From contig NC_042997.1 of the NCBI RefSeq assembly GCF_006345805.1, positions 195,920,001 to 195,984,000 of the forward strand: a stretch of DNA of 64,000 nucleotides. Reading direction: 5' to 3'. Positions 1 to 13,526 of this stretch are shown piece by piece. Below the pieces are notes generated by a model, which searched no databases, was not told where the DNA came from, and saw only the letters and a program-made list of their open reading frames with translations. Made by a program: the position numbers and the translations under genes. Origin of the DNA: Octopus sinensis (Eukaryota). Positions within the stretch are counted from its first letter, which is position 1; each line of letters opens with the position of its first letter.

Positions 1-470
1 CCATCTTCGCTACCATTCTCTTAAGGAACTTCGATACATTCGCGTCTTTTTCTGGATATTTACACTATTAAGACTTTAACGTTCATGGATTTTCACAGAA
101 TTGCACCTCAAGACTTATGGACTAACATCAACACGATCGGAAAGTTAAAATCTGAAGTTTTATGCTTCTTTTTTCTTCATCTCGTTATTCCTTTTCTTCC
201 GTCCGCTATGTTGTCATTTCATTAATCTATACCCTTCTCATTTTCTCATTTTTTCTCCGATGACGGAATATCCCATTTTCGCGGATATCCCAAGAACAGC
301 TGTAAAACATTGAAATTTTCCAATAATAATAGCGTATATGATTTGAGAGGTTTGTCTTGCTCTAAATTTTGTTGTCCTCTTTAACAATTATATATCCGCA
401 ATATCAGAAATGTAAAAATGGTTCCATAACTCCCGGCTCGGCTACAAGCTTGGAGCCGTCGTAATCCGTT
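1..470 (+). mobile_element. Penelope-like element 3' end/pLTR fragment
   Basis: Pyrimidine-rich UTR-like stretch containing a degenerate hammerhead (257-304), abutting a (TA)n tract; no ORF support. Confidence 0.5.
253..308 (+). ncRNA. Degenerate minimal type-I hammerhead ribozyme
   Basis: CCGATGA (257-263) - C - GGAATATCC/GGATATCC stem II - C-AAGAAC (damaged GAAAC) - AGCT - GTA; palindromic ACAGCTGT stem III. Confidence 0.45.
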
Positions 471-530
471 ACAGCATTTGCCAAGCGTACCCAGGCATTT
501 GGATCACCTCTGAACTAAACACATATATTT

Positions 531-580
<50 letters not shown>

Positions 581-650
581 ATATATATATATATATCATA
601 TATATATATATATACGTATATATATATATATATTATATATATATTAAGGT

Positions 651-780
651 ATGTAGAAAAATACAACATGGACAAGAACGTATAACTCTTAGAAGACGAC
701 ACAATAAACATGGACAGGACATTCGAACCCCTCAGTCTTCAGTCAAGACCGGATCTCGTAGTAATTTCGGCTGATTAATA
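651..780 (-). mobile_element. PLE-end-like repeat with decayed hammerhead
   Basis: Minus strand reads ga-CTGAAGA-ctgaggggttc-GAAT-GTC; stems poorly paired. Similar repeats at 54440-54600 and 55395-55530. Confidence 0.3.
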
Positions 781-806
781 TATATATATATATATATATT
801 ATATAT

Positions 807-848
<42 letters not shown>

Positions 849-854
849 TAGATA

Positions 855-2768
855 TGTTTCTTTATTAGCCACACAGGGCTGCACACAGATAGAACAAATT
901 ACAAGGTAGAGCTTTTCTTTTGAAGGTATTAAAAAAAAAAAAAAAAAAAAAAGGAAGGGGGAGGTTCGATCAAAAGGGATCGTAAAGGAGAGAAAGAGGA
1001 CAAAAATAGGGGGGTTAAAAAAAAAAAAAAAAAGGGGGGGGGGGGAGAGGAAAAAAAATGATCAATAGGGATCGTTATCACAGAAATGTCAATATGAAGT
1101 GTAAAGGGGAGGACAGGTGAGGTTTACCCGTGGAAAGAAAAGCCTGCGAAAAGACCACGGTAACCTCGGTCAATGAAGTCACATTTTATATTTCTTTTTT
1201 TTTTTTTTTTTTTTGCAAATAAGCAACTCTCTGTTTTCGATTTCTGGGTTCATAGGACTATGCTCAAGGTGGCTTCGTCATTCATACGTGCCATTCTTGC
1301 TACATTCACCCATCTTTTTTTAAAACATTCGCTAGACAAAACTTGCCTCTCTACTCTCACTTCCTTTCAAGTGGTACTTGAAGAAGTTGATGAGAGATTG
1401 ACCAGAGAGGAAAGTGTTTGTCTCCAATCCTTTCAGACGCGTCCACCAGATACATTCTTTCGCCATAGCCACAAGGATGATGAAAATAGCTCTTCCTTCC
1501 CGTTTGAAGGAAGGAGCGTGACAATATTGACGATAGACTCAGCTGATAAACCGACTCGTCCCACAAGTGACAGCAGTTGTTCGACATAAGCCCCAGGTCG
1601 GAAATTGTTGGACACTGAACGAGTGCGTGCAGAACGGTTTCGTCGCTCTGACCGCATCTCGGGCAGGTCGGCCCCGTGTTTCTCGAGCCGTGTCTGTAGA
1701 GCTTATCCCGAACGGGTAGCGCTTCTCGGTAGCACTGCCAGGCCAGGGATCTCTGGAAGTTGTCCACGGGCCCTGGCCCGAAAGTCGTCCCGAACAGGGG
1801 GGTCAGGTACTCCTCGTCGACGTCCAGGTTCGCCCCGAGCTCGTCGTCGTACCTCCCCTCCACTAAACCCCTATAGAATGCTTTGGTTGTGTTGAAGTCA
1901 CTTAAGGTCCGACCCAGGACGGCAGAGTTGCTTGAGAGCAACGCGACACTCGCGGTGCCATTCGCCCTCCTCGGCCTCTTTTTGATCCACGACTGCAGTT
2001 CGGTCATGGAGACGAGCTGCGGGAAAGCGTGCCTCACAAACGGCGACCACACCTGTTCACCGTCGTCTACATAGAGCCAGAGATGTCGCAGTCTCAGCGC
2101 GTGTCTGCGCATCATCAACCACGGCATGCCCAGCCCTCCTTTTAACGGGTGTTGACAGCAAATGGATCGCCTGACCATCGGGACGCATCCTTTCCACAAG
2201 AAGCGAAAGAGGATGCGTTGTAGTTTGGTGATGGTAGGGTCGGGACAAGGTACGACGGTCAGGCGGTGGTAGTAGATGACGGACGCGATGTACGTGTTCG
2301 CCACCTCCGCTCGACCTTTAGGGACAGTTTCCTCTCGGCCCATTGCCGGGCGAGAGTGACCACCCTACTCGTTATCTCGTTCCAGTTCTTCTCCACTTGG
2401 AGGTCCGGACCAAACCAGACCCCGAGCAACTCAACCGGCCGTCGGTCCAGCGTCCCACGACGGAGGCGCTGGTGGACGGCATGGGCTTGCTTCTCCAGGT
2501 GCCTAGTCGCAAGCCCACTGACTTTTCCCGGTTGATTTTCGCTCCTGTCACCGCTTCGTAGTTTTTCAGTGTCTCGCCGACCAGCTCTCGATGTGCTCGT
2601 GGCTAGACACTATGACGGTGACGTCGTCCGCGTATGCAGACACGCTCGTCCCGCATCCCATTTTCGCGGGATGCCCCTTAGAGTCGCCAGCTTCCGCAGT
2701 AGTGGCTCAAGAGTCAATACGTATAGAAGCGCCGAGAGGGGGCATCCCTGACGGACCGAACGTGCAAT
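855..2768 (-). mobile_element. 5'-truncated Tx1-clade (L1 group) non-LTR retrotransposon, frameshifted
   Basis: Minus-strand translation gives RT motifs RSVRQGCPLSALLYVLTLEPL and SAYADDV, then LSLKGRAEVAN...GGLGMP and zinc finger CPRCGQSDETVLHALVQCP. Stop at ~1250, 3' UTR with AATAAA at ~860. GATAGATAGATA duplicated at 843-854 and 2769-2780. Confidence 0.9.
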
Positions 2769-2862
2769 GATAGATAGATAAATATCCGTGTATAAGTATA
2801 TATATATATATACATTATTAAATATATTTATATATATACATCAATATATATGTATGCATATT

Positions 2863-2908
<46 letters not shown>

Positions 2909-2920
2909 AATATATATATA

Positions 2921-3275
2921 TGGAGTCACAACGGCACGGGGTTAGGGCAGCTAACTCGCTGTCGTAGGATCACAGTTTCGATTCCCAGGCTGGCTGTTGT
3001 GAGTGTTTAAAGAGCAAAAACGCCTAAAGCTCCATACAGCTCCGGCAGGAGGTAGTGGCGAACCCTGCTGTCCTCTTTCCCCACGAACTCTCTCATTCTT
3101 TCTTCCTGTTTCTGTTGTACCTGTATTACAAAGGGCCAGCCTTGTCACACTCTGTATCACGCTGACTCTCCACGAGAACTACGTTAAAGTTACACTTGCA
3201 CGTTAATTCCACGAGCAGGCTGTCCCTTTCATCGGATGAACTTGAACCCTCTTCATCGTAACCGACGAAGTGCCA
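2921..3275 (+). mobile_element. tRNA-derived SINE (family C)
   Basis: A/B-box-like head (ggggttagggcagc...gtttcgattcc) and a tail ending gtaaccgacgaagtgcca; a second partial copy at ~11430-11557. Confidence 0.7.
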
Positions 3276-3277
3276 TG

Positions 3278-5350
<2,073 letters not shown>

Positions 5351-6329
5351 TTTTTATGAAATAATTATGGCTTGGCAAAACCTATTTGCACCTTAGCCGA
5401 TAAATTTTTATTGTTTACATATATAACAAAGTTTCCAACCAGACTACGAAGAAAGATGCGGTGTGTTTTACTGAGGAGGGTTAATCATACGTAACAACAC
5501 TGAGAGTATCTACTGGCATAATTTAGATCCCAGTTTGATATGTTTTTACACACAGAATCTATAAGAAATTATTTTAGGTCAATACAATTGTCCGGCAATG
5601 TTATATATAAAAGTACATATGTTAATGGATATTCATGTAGGCTAGCCCACTTAGAGTAAAGAACACAGAGATAAGTCTGGAAAGTAAACAAAAGTTAATG
5701 TAGCTTATGAATTATCTTTTCTTAATATTGTTCTTTAGTTCGCGATAAGCCAAGGGCAAACCAAAATAAACTTTGTCGGCGACAAACGATTTTGCTTGAA
5801 ATGTTTATTCACATCATCTTCTAGATACATAGATACATTCATACGTACATGCATACATATATATGTGTGTATGTGTGTATGGGTATATATACATATATGT
5901 ATATATAAAGTTATTAGTATTATTATTAATATTATCATTATTATTGATATCGTTGTTGTTAATTATTCTATCTTTTCTTTAACGATGGTGGAAGACCATA
6001 TCTATATCTTTTTCTTTATAAATGCTCTGAAAACTCTTCACAGCCTAGGCTTTGTTATATCATTTTGTCTAGTATATATATATACATGCGTCTATGAGTG
6101 TCTGGGTGTCCACGTGCAGTGCATACAGACACAGAAACATATATAGACATAGAAATATGCATGTCTGTTTGTATATGTGTCTGCATATGTATGTATATCT
6201 GTGTGAAACTGGGTATGCATATTAGAGAAGAGACGTTTTCTTAGGGATATATCATGTAAATGTTATTCTTTCGAAACAAGGGACTTAAATCTTAAGCACC
6301 CAAGGAACCCTCTCCGCCTGATTGTATTT

Positions 6330-6730
6330 CACAACCAACGAGATCTTAACACATTTTCATCTAATCGATTGATATAGTGTTCAACTAAAAGCGTTTTTCC
6401 AATGGTTTTATATACACTGGAGTCATTTATTTTATTTCTTAACCAATCAGAGTGTCTTTGCTGAATATAAATGCCATCGAAGTACTGTTCCTTTCCCTGT
6501 TGATGTCTCTTTGTTTTGTGACTTCTCTGTGGATAATATTTTGGCAAGAGATTCTAGCTGATACACTTGATATTTCTTTTCACTATGTCTTCAACCTTTA
6601 CTACAACAATATATACTTTTCTGTATTTGAGCACCAGACAAAGCTTCCACTCAGTACTCAGTCGCCTATATAAAAGAATCGTTTAGTCTTTCCTGTCCAA
6701 GAGTTGCTACCTTTAAAGCTAGCAATAAAC
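6330..6730 (-). mobile_element. Highly decayed Penelope (Neptune-like) GIY-YIG endonuclease fragment
   Basis: Broken-frame peptides FYIG..STEWKL and an ISWRILAK-like stretch, homologous in layout to 21790-22390. Confidence 0.35.
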
Positions 6731-7367
6731 ACGCAACTCTCCCGTATTCATTAACCAATACACCTTCAAATCCAGTATCAAAAACCTCGACCTTACTAGT
6801 TTACAAGTAACACAATATATTCCATGGTCTTTTCACATCTTTCTTTGAATTAGACAATTACAAAAATCAGTAAACCTTGCCATGTTGAAATTATTATATC
6901 TGTATATACCAATGTTTTAGGAGCTGCGTTTACTTCTAAGGGGATTCAAAACAATATTCAAATCTCTAAGCAACATTCAAGCTATACATTGCGGCTCCGT
7001 TATAACTAACCGGTTAGAGATTATGTTCCACTTCTAACAACAGGAGACATCACTGAAACTTGTTAGAATGCATTATAATATAAATTCCAGTATCGTTAAG
7101 AAGAATACATTTTTGGCCTAATTTTAAGGTTCCATTTGAAGGGCAGGTCTCACAATTATCTACTGGTAAAATCCAATCGTCAACAAGTTTAAAAGGGCCG
7201 TTACTTGACATGTTTTTTTTTTAAAGTAGTCTTGTTAACTGAGGTTGTAATATTTGGCAACGATAAATTGGGGCAAGCTTAATTTTAGTATTTGATATAC
7301 ATAAATATAAATAAATTCAGAAATCATATGAAGCAAAACGTGCACATGTCTCACTGTACTTATACAG

Positions 7368-7458
<91 letters not shown>

Positions 7459-8153
7459 TTTGGTTCTATGTATATATGTATGAATGATTGTATATATTCA
7501 GTTATGTTAATGTATGTATGTATGTATGTAAATATGTATATATAGTTGTATGGTTTTATGTACTTGTCTCTGAGTGAGCGCAAGAACTAGAAAAAAGAAA
7601 AATGTAGATGACGTGTGAAACTGCAAATGTCTGAATAGAATTAAACGACTAGTTTGTTTAATTATATTTCGCATTTTTGGCAGAAAAAAAAAAAACCATT
7701 TCTGTACTGAGCCGTAAGATATTTGTCTGTTAACGAAAATTGTTGCTGCCACCTTCCGACCAACAGGAAAGCAATTACATTTTCTCGAAAGCATCATTCA
7801 CTAATTAAATATTTTTAAGTGGTTTCCGCTTAGAAATTAAAAAGAAAGAGGAGTATTTTATTTTTACCTTCGCTTCAATACGACAGGCTATCGATGATTG
7901 CGCACAAATACACACATGCATACTCAAATGTATATATAGACCAGTGCGTCCTTGTACGTCTGCGTCTGCGTGCGCACTCGCCTATGTGTATATGGATAAA
8001 CGCACACAAACACATAAACATGCATTCGCACATGCACATTCACACATACACACACACATATATATATGTATATTTATATATATATATATAGAGAGAGAGA
8101 GAGACTTTTATATAAATATATGCATCCACATATATATACATATATGTTATAAC

Positions 8154-8191
<38 letters not shown>

Positions 8192-8664
8192 TATATAGTT
8201 AGAACATATATGTATATATGTGTATGTATATATATGTGGATGCATATATTTATATCAAACTATCTATCTGTCTCTCTTGGTTTATGTATATATGCATGTA
8301 AGCATGTGTATGTGAATATGGTAGGCATGCAGTATTCGTCGCTAAACCTCGTTCGAGAAAAAGAGACGAAGTCAGCAAAGATTTATCTGTTGATGGATCC
8401 AACATCATTACTTCATTTTTATTTCTTCTTATAAAGCAAATTGTCTCGTTGCATTCACCTACTTTTGCTGGTGACATATGTTTTGCATTTTCGCATTTGA
8501 AAAAAATATCTGTATTATTTCTGTCTACCCTAAAGACGAACAATTTTTTATCTACGTTATACGATATAGATTCTGAAATACCATATACACATTTATGTCT
8601 GTCTGTCTGCCTCTTTCTCTCCCTTTCTCTCTCTCTCTCTTTTCCAAATCACCACTCGCACGTT

Positions 8665-8850
8665 GCAGTTGTTGAACATAAGTGCTAGCATCCACTGCAT
8701 GGACATATGGGACAAGCTCAGGGTGCAACACTCCAACGAAATTTCTAATTACCGAACACGACTTTCTGTTCAAACTGCCCTTGTTTGATACAAAGTTTGT
8801 GAAGCCTGGCTGGAAAGAAACCATTGCTTTCTCTTATTAGTATTAAGAAA
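8665..8850 (-). mobile_element. Mariner transposase fragment (second, diverged copy)
   Basis: Aligns by eye with 9420-9610 (e.g. gtgaagcctggctgga-a-gaaaccattgctttct shared). Confidence 0.7.
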
Positions 8851-9039
8851 AAATATATTTATATATATATATACATGCATACGTACGTATATGCCTGTGT
8901 TTCTGTATGTATATGTATGTGTATGAACTTACTAATTATATTTAATGTAATGAAATTTTTATATTTTCGATAATTTTGGAAGCAGGTCAGGAATGTTAGA
9001 TACAAATGACATTAGATTTGTGACCACATAATACTGAGG

Positions 9040-10071
9040 TGATCTACGTGTATCTTAATACGGGTCATATACTCATGTTAAGGCCATTAGAATTAAAACG
9101 ATTAAAATTCAGAAGCTCAATTCTACGGTTATATCATTGTGCTGGTGTAGAGGCAAAAACACACCCTGCAACCTTTTCAACCCCGTCGACATTATTGAAA
9201 GTCCATCCTAGAAGGAAATTATCCATGACTCAGAAAGGGAGGTGATATGATGGTGCAAATCCTGGATTGTACTGAGGTTGAGTTCTTCAGATCTCCAAGT
9301 TCCTCGGGTTTGAACTTCGTCATTTTGGCACTATGTACTGGAGCATTTTAATGGTGTAAGAGAACACGGCTTCGATTCATCATTCCCAGATAGCTGGCTT
9401 CCAAATCATTGCATGCACGATACAGTTGTTGAGCATAAAGGCTAGTATCCACTGCATGGACATGTGGGACAAGGTCGAAGTGCGACACCTCTTTGAAATT
9501 GCTAAATACTGAACACAATTTTCTGTTCAAACTGACCTTGTTTAATGAAACGGTTGTGAAGCCTGGCTGGAACGAAACCATTGCTTTCTATTATTAGGAT
9601 TAAGAAAATACATCAAATTTTCATTTCCAGATACAATTCGACACCAAAAACGGGAATCTCGCGGATTTGCAAGAAGTTGTTTACAAATATCCATACGTCG
9701 TTGAGCCTCGTCATTGATCACTTCATGAAGAGCTTCTCTACAGCATTTGATCACAAGGTCGAATCGTGGAGGTATCAACTGAAGAGGCTTTGTGAAAGAG
9801 CACGTTCTGGCCACAACGTACGAGCACTTGTGCTGGGCTATTGTTCAATCATCTTCCACAAAAGAATATTTCTCTGACCATGGTTTGTCTTTGAGTTTGG
9901 TGTCATCTGTCTTGAAATATCTGAACCAGCTTTGTTCCACACGTTCATTGATAGTTCCTGAGGATTCCAAAACATCAGTATATCCGTCCACTGCTCTTGC
10001 ACTCAGTTCTTTTATCCACAGGGACCGTAAAATAGCTCTATTTGCAAGGTTTCGTCACACAACATCAAAGC
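9040..10071 (-). mobile_element. Mariner (Tc1/mariner) transposase pseudogene
   Basis: HTH region NRAILRSLWIKELSARA...QSWFRYFKTDDTKLKDKP, QRRMDICKQLLANPRDSRFWCRIVSGNEN (IVTGDEK motif), PQYNPGFAPSYHL (YSPDLAP motif); many stops and frameshifts; TIRs not confirmed. Confidence 0.88.
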
Positions 10072-10327
10072 TGTAAAATAAAGAATAAACAATTTATTCG
10101 TATGCTATATGTAAATATAAACATTTTTAAAAAAAATTCAGCAACAATTGAACAACAAGCTGCACCAAGTTAATGATATAACATAATATTATAAACTCAC
10201 AAGAGTAAACAAGAGAGACAGAGACAGGCAGAAACAAGGAAAATGCCCCTTGTATTTGAATATTATGCAAATATTCTTTTAGAAAACTTTCTTTTAATTT
10301 TCCCAAAATTTAATTCTTTTCCATACT

Positions 10328-10367
10328 TACAGTTGAAAAAGTCTCAATGACCGAAACTGGTACTGAA
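10328..10367 (+). ncRNA. Minimal type-I hammerhead, U3-A8 core variant
   Basis: cag-TTGAAAA-aGTC tcaat GACc-GAAA-C tg G-TA-ctg; A.C mismatch at base of stem II; 3-bp stem I. Confidence 0.6.
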
Positions 10368-10474
10368 ATGTTTTTATGATAAAAATTAATTTAGCATCTT
10401 CTACCTTGACTTGACTTTTTTTCCTTATACATATCAATACGTGTGTTCCTTTTCAACCTTCTGCATATATATAC

Positions 10475-10916
10475 ATTACTTTTCTAAATATCCCAGAGAG
10501 ATATAAGCAGTAGTGGGACGATAGAGTAGGTGTATACTGTTACATTAAGTTGACAGTATACAACTACTCTATCATACCACTACTGCTTATATCTCCCTGA
10601 GTTATTTAGAAACATAATATTTCTATTTTTGTAATCAGTGGATTTATTTCACTAGAATTCTTGTGTTTACAAAGGCTAGATAGGCATCTCCAAATAGCAG
10701 GCCATGCTACACCAGCCTGATGACGAGCAAAGACTCAGAAACTAGTCTCTGAATTCAGGCTTAGCTGGGTGAAGGTGCTTGCCTCCCCTTGTAAATATAA
10801 GGACACAGGAAATGTGTCAAGGGCGACAGGAAGCGTTGATGCTTCCTAGGGCTAAATAGCAGTGGTGTGATTCCCTTCGTGGAACCATCACATTAAGTTG
10901 ACAGTATACAACTACT
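10475..10916 (+). mobile_element. PLE pLTR / retrozyme-like 348-nt unit with 5' fold-back
   Basis: 66-bp inverted arms 10475-10540 and 10553-10618; 27-nt direct repeat at 10542-10568 and 10890-10916; internal hammerhead at 10711-10752. Confidence 0.7.
10711..10752 (+). ncRNA. Minimal type-I hammerhead ribozyme (C.A at base of stem II)
   Basis: accagc-CTGATGA-C-GAG caaaga CTC-A-GAAA-C ta G-TC-tctga; palindromic ACTAGT; first stem I pair mismatched. Confidence 0.6.
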
Positions 10917-10924
10917 ATATATAA

Positions 10925-10967
<43 letters not shown>

Positions 10968-11088
10968 ATATACTCAAATCAAAAATGAAAAGTAGTAAAA
11001 ACAACAAAAGTCAGAAGGACGTACTGACGTACATAGCAACTATATTAGATTAACACTCAAGAAAATTTAAGATGGAAAAAAGAGTGGA

Positions 11089-11123
11089 CTGCGACGTTTC
11101 GAGCATGGCACATCGTCTGAGAG
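11089..11123 (-). ncRNA. Degenerate minimal hammerhead in PLE-like end
   Basis: ctct-CAGACGA-T-GTGC cat GCTC-GAAA-C-GTC-gcag; U4A and stem mismatches. Confidence 0.4.
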
Positions 11124-11429
11124 AAGAAACAGGAAAGAAAGAATCCAGAGAGAAGCAAAAGGATACTCCGAGAAAAGCTCATGTCGTTACTTGGCTGAAA
11201 AATAACTCACCGGAAGTGGAGAGGGATAAAGAAAATGTTTATTTAAGGCAAGAGAGTGTAAAATGGCCAGTGTGCACGTGTGCATGCTTATGTGTGTGTG
11301 GCAGTATCTTTGTACATGCATGCTTGTGTTTGTGTGAGTGATGTGTGTCTGATGGAGTGAAGTGAACGGGTTAATAACAATTGTAAGATGATTTTTTCCC
11401 GTTGCTCCACTCCACACAGCTTGTTAAAA

Positions 11430-11557
11430 TGAGTTGTACGTGTATTTCAAACGGCCAGCCTTGTTACATTCTATGTCAAACTGAATCTCCCCGAGAACTA
11501 CGTTAGACGTACTTTAATTTCACGAGCAAGCTGTTCCGTTGATCATATCTGCTGGGA
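11430..11557 (+). mobile_element. SINE family C 3' fragment
   Basis: ggccagccttgttacattctatgtcaaactgaatctccccgagaactacg matches 3134-3185. Confidence 0.65.
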
Positions 11558-11879
11558 AACGGGTATGTGTATGTGAATGTGTATAGGGGTAGATACGGAT
11601 GTAGTGTGTAAGGCGTCTAAGTCTTGTATATGACTGTGTAGAAGTGTGGGAGTAGATAAATTGAAAATAAAAACTTAAACAAATATAAAAATCAAAAAAT
11701 TTAAATTAAGCTAACAAATTAAAAAATATTCTTTTTTATAATTTAAAATATTTAAAAAAAGAAACCAAAATTAATTTTAAAAATTAATATTAAAAATTAA
11801 ATTAAAGTTATAACGAAATCAATTAAAATTAATAAGATTAAGAAGTAGAAAATAAAATAAAATGAAATAAATGAAAGTA

Positions 11880-11990
11880 GAAGCTGCGAAAGGAAGGACG
11901 GTGAGTGTTAAGTTCAAGCGGTGTATTAGGTCGTATTGTAAAAATGTTGAGCTGCTCTTTTGCGTGTGTATACGGGAGCGAGAGGCTGAA
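11880..11990 (-). mobile_element. Possible PLE endonuclease C-terminal remnant
   Basis: Minus frame AKEQLNIFTIRPNTPLELN resembles the E..I...LN end of PLE GIY-YIG domains. Confidence 0.25.
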
Positions 11991-12293
11991 TATATCTACA
12001 GCATATACACAAAAATGTGTATATTTGTGTGTGTGTGTGTGTAGATTGAATCGACGCAGGTCAATGTAGACACAACGATTATAGTTCAGTAAAGGAGATA
12101 TTTAATCATTGACCATGCACAACGTGTCAGCAGTGTGTTGAATTATGTTTAGAAATTAAGCAAACAACAAAAATAGACCAGTTAAGGAAAATATGGGATA
12201 TATAACACCAATTATTACGCACGCAAACTCACACATGCATGCATACAGACATACACACATAAATACATACATTCATACATACATATATAGGTA

Positions 12294-12711
12294 TACTCTT
12301 TTACTCTTTTTACTCTTTTACTTGTTTCAGTCATTTGACTGCGGCCATGCTGGAGCACCACCTTTAATCGAGCAACTCGACCCCGGCACTTATTCTTTGT
12401 AAGCCCAGTACTTATTCTATCGGTCTGTTTTGCCGAACCGCTAAGTGACGGGGACATAAACACACCAGCATCGGTTGTCAAGCAATGCTAGGGGGACAAA
12501 CACGGACACACAAACACACACACATATATATATATATATACATATATACGACGGGCTTCTTTCAGTTTCCGTCTACCAAATCCACTCACAAGGCTTTGGT
12601 CGGCCCGACGCTATAGTAGAAGACACTTGTCCAAGGTGCCATGCTGTGGGACTGAACCCGGAACCATGTGGTTGGTAAACAAGCTACTTACCACGCAGCC
12701 ACTCCTGCGCC
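12294..12711 (-). mobile_element. tRNA-derived SINE family A, full length
   Basis: Head ggcgcaggagtggctg...gggttcagtccca, internal (TA/CA)n, tail gtgctccagcatggccgcagtcaaatgactgaaacaag(taaaagag)n. Confidence 0.9.
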
Positions 12712-12726
12712 TGTATATGTAGTTAC

Positions 12727-12920
12727 TCTATCCAGATTACGAGTTCAGGTTTATACATGTATTTATTGGGGTCCTGGGATGTGTAAAACACTGCCTAAAT
12801 ACCAATCTTGAGAAATTAGGCTTCTCGAAACCAGAAAGGAGAAAACTAATGCGAAGACTATAAATCCAATCCATCACTGGAACTGTAAAAATCTGTAAAA
12901 CTTCCCAGTTTATCATTATC
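12727..12920 (+). mobile_element. C-terminal fragment of an RLE-type non-LTR retrotransposon
   Basis: FIGVLGCVKHCLNTNLEKLGFSKPERRKLMRRL*IQSITGTVKICK resembles the PI.IGALG...Q....GT tail of R4/Dong-like ORFs; paralogue at 14615-14745. Confidence 0.5.
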
Positions 12921-13374
12921 TATATGAGCATATCTAGATATGCAGCTATGTGCATAAGAATACATAACTAAAACATACCAATCTGCACATACATACATGC
13001 ATACATATATTGTCGATGTTGAAATTCAAACGGAAACTTGGATCAGTTCAGAAACCGGCTCTTTCTCTATTGGAAAGATATCTTTAAATAAACTGCATAT
13101 ATACATGCATATATACATACCTAAATACATACATACAATACATACATACATACATACATACATACATACATACATACATACATACATACATACATAAAAA
13201 TTACCCTATTAATGATGTTGAAATTTCAAAGAAGGAGCCTTGGAATCTATGTTAGTAAACGGTTCTTTATGTATTGGCAAGGAATCTTGAAATAAACTCA
13301 ATAATGATACAAATACATAAATACATACATACATACGTACGTACATATATACATCCACACACACACACACACAT

Positions 13375-13412
<38 letters not shown>

Positions 13413-13526
13413 GCTGTCATGCTGATGTGAATATCTCTTTGAAAATCAGAGAAAGGAAATAATTACGGACAGCTGCTTCAAAACCTCCAGCTTCAATATC
13501 TGGATTACAAAATCACATTTATACAA

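Noticed and set aside
1173-2751. Plus-strand ORFs over the Tx1 element, and minus-strand ORFs over the Dong elements
   Set aside because: Antisense shadows of TE coding sequence; no independent motifs.
9004-10187. ACATAATA-ending motifs at 9031 and 10187 as mariner TIRs
   Set aside because: Both are in the same orientation and poorly alignable, so they do not define a TIR pair.
10520-10540. let-7-like sequence in a hairpin (gatagagtaggtgtatactgt)
   Set aside because: Lacks the GAGGTAG seed; the hairpin is explained by inverted duplication of the repeat end.
12640-12711. tRNA-like heads with A and B boxes (many copies)
   Set aside because: No complete cloverleaf; always attached to SINE bodies.
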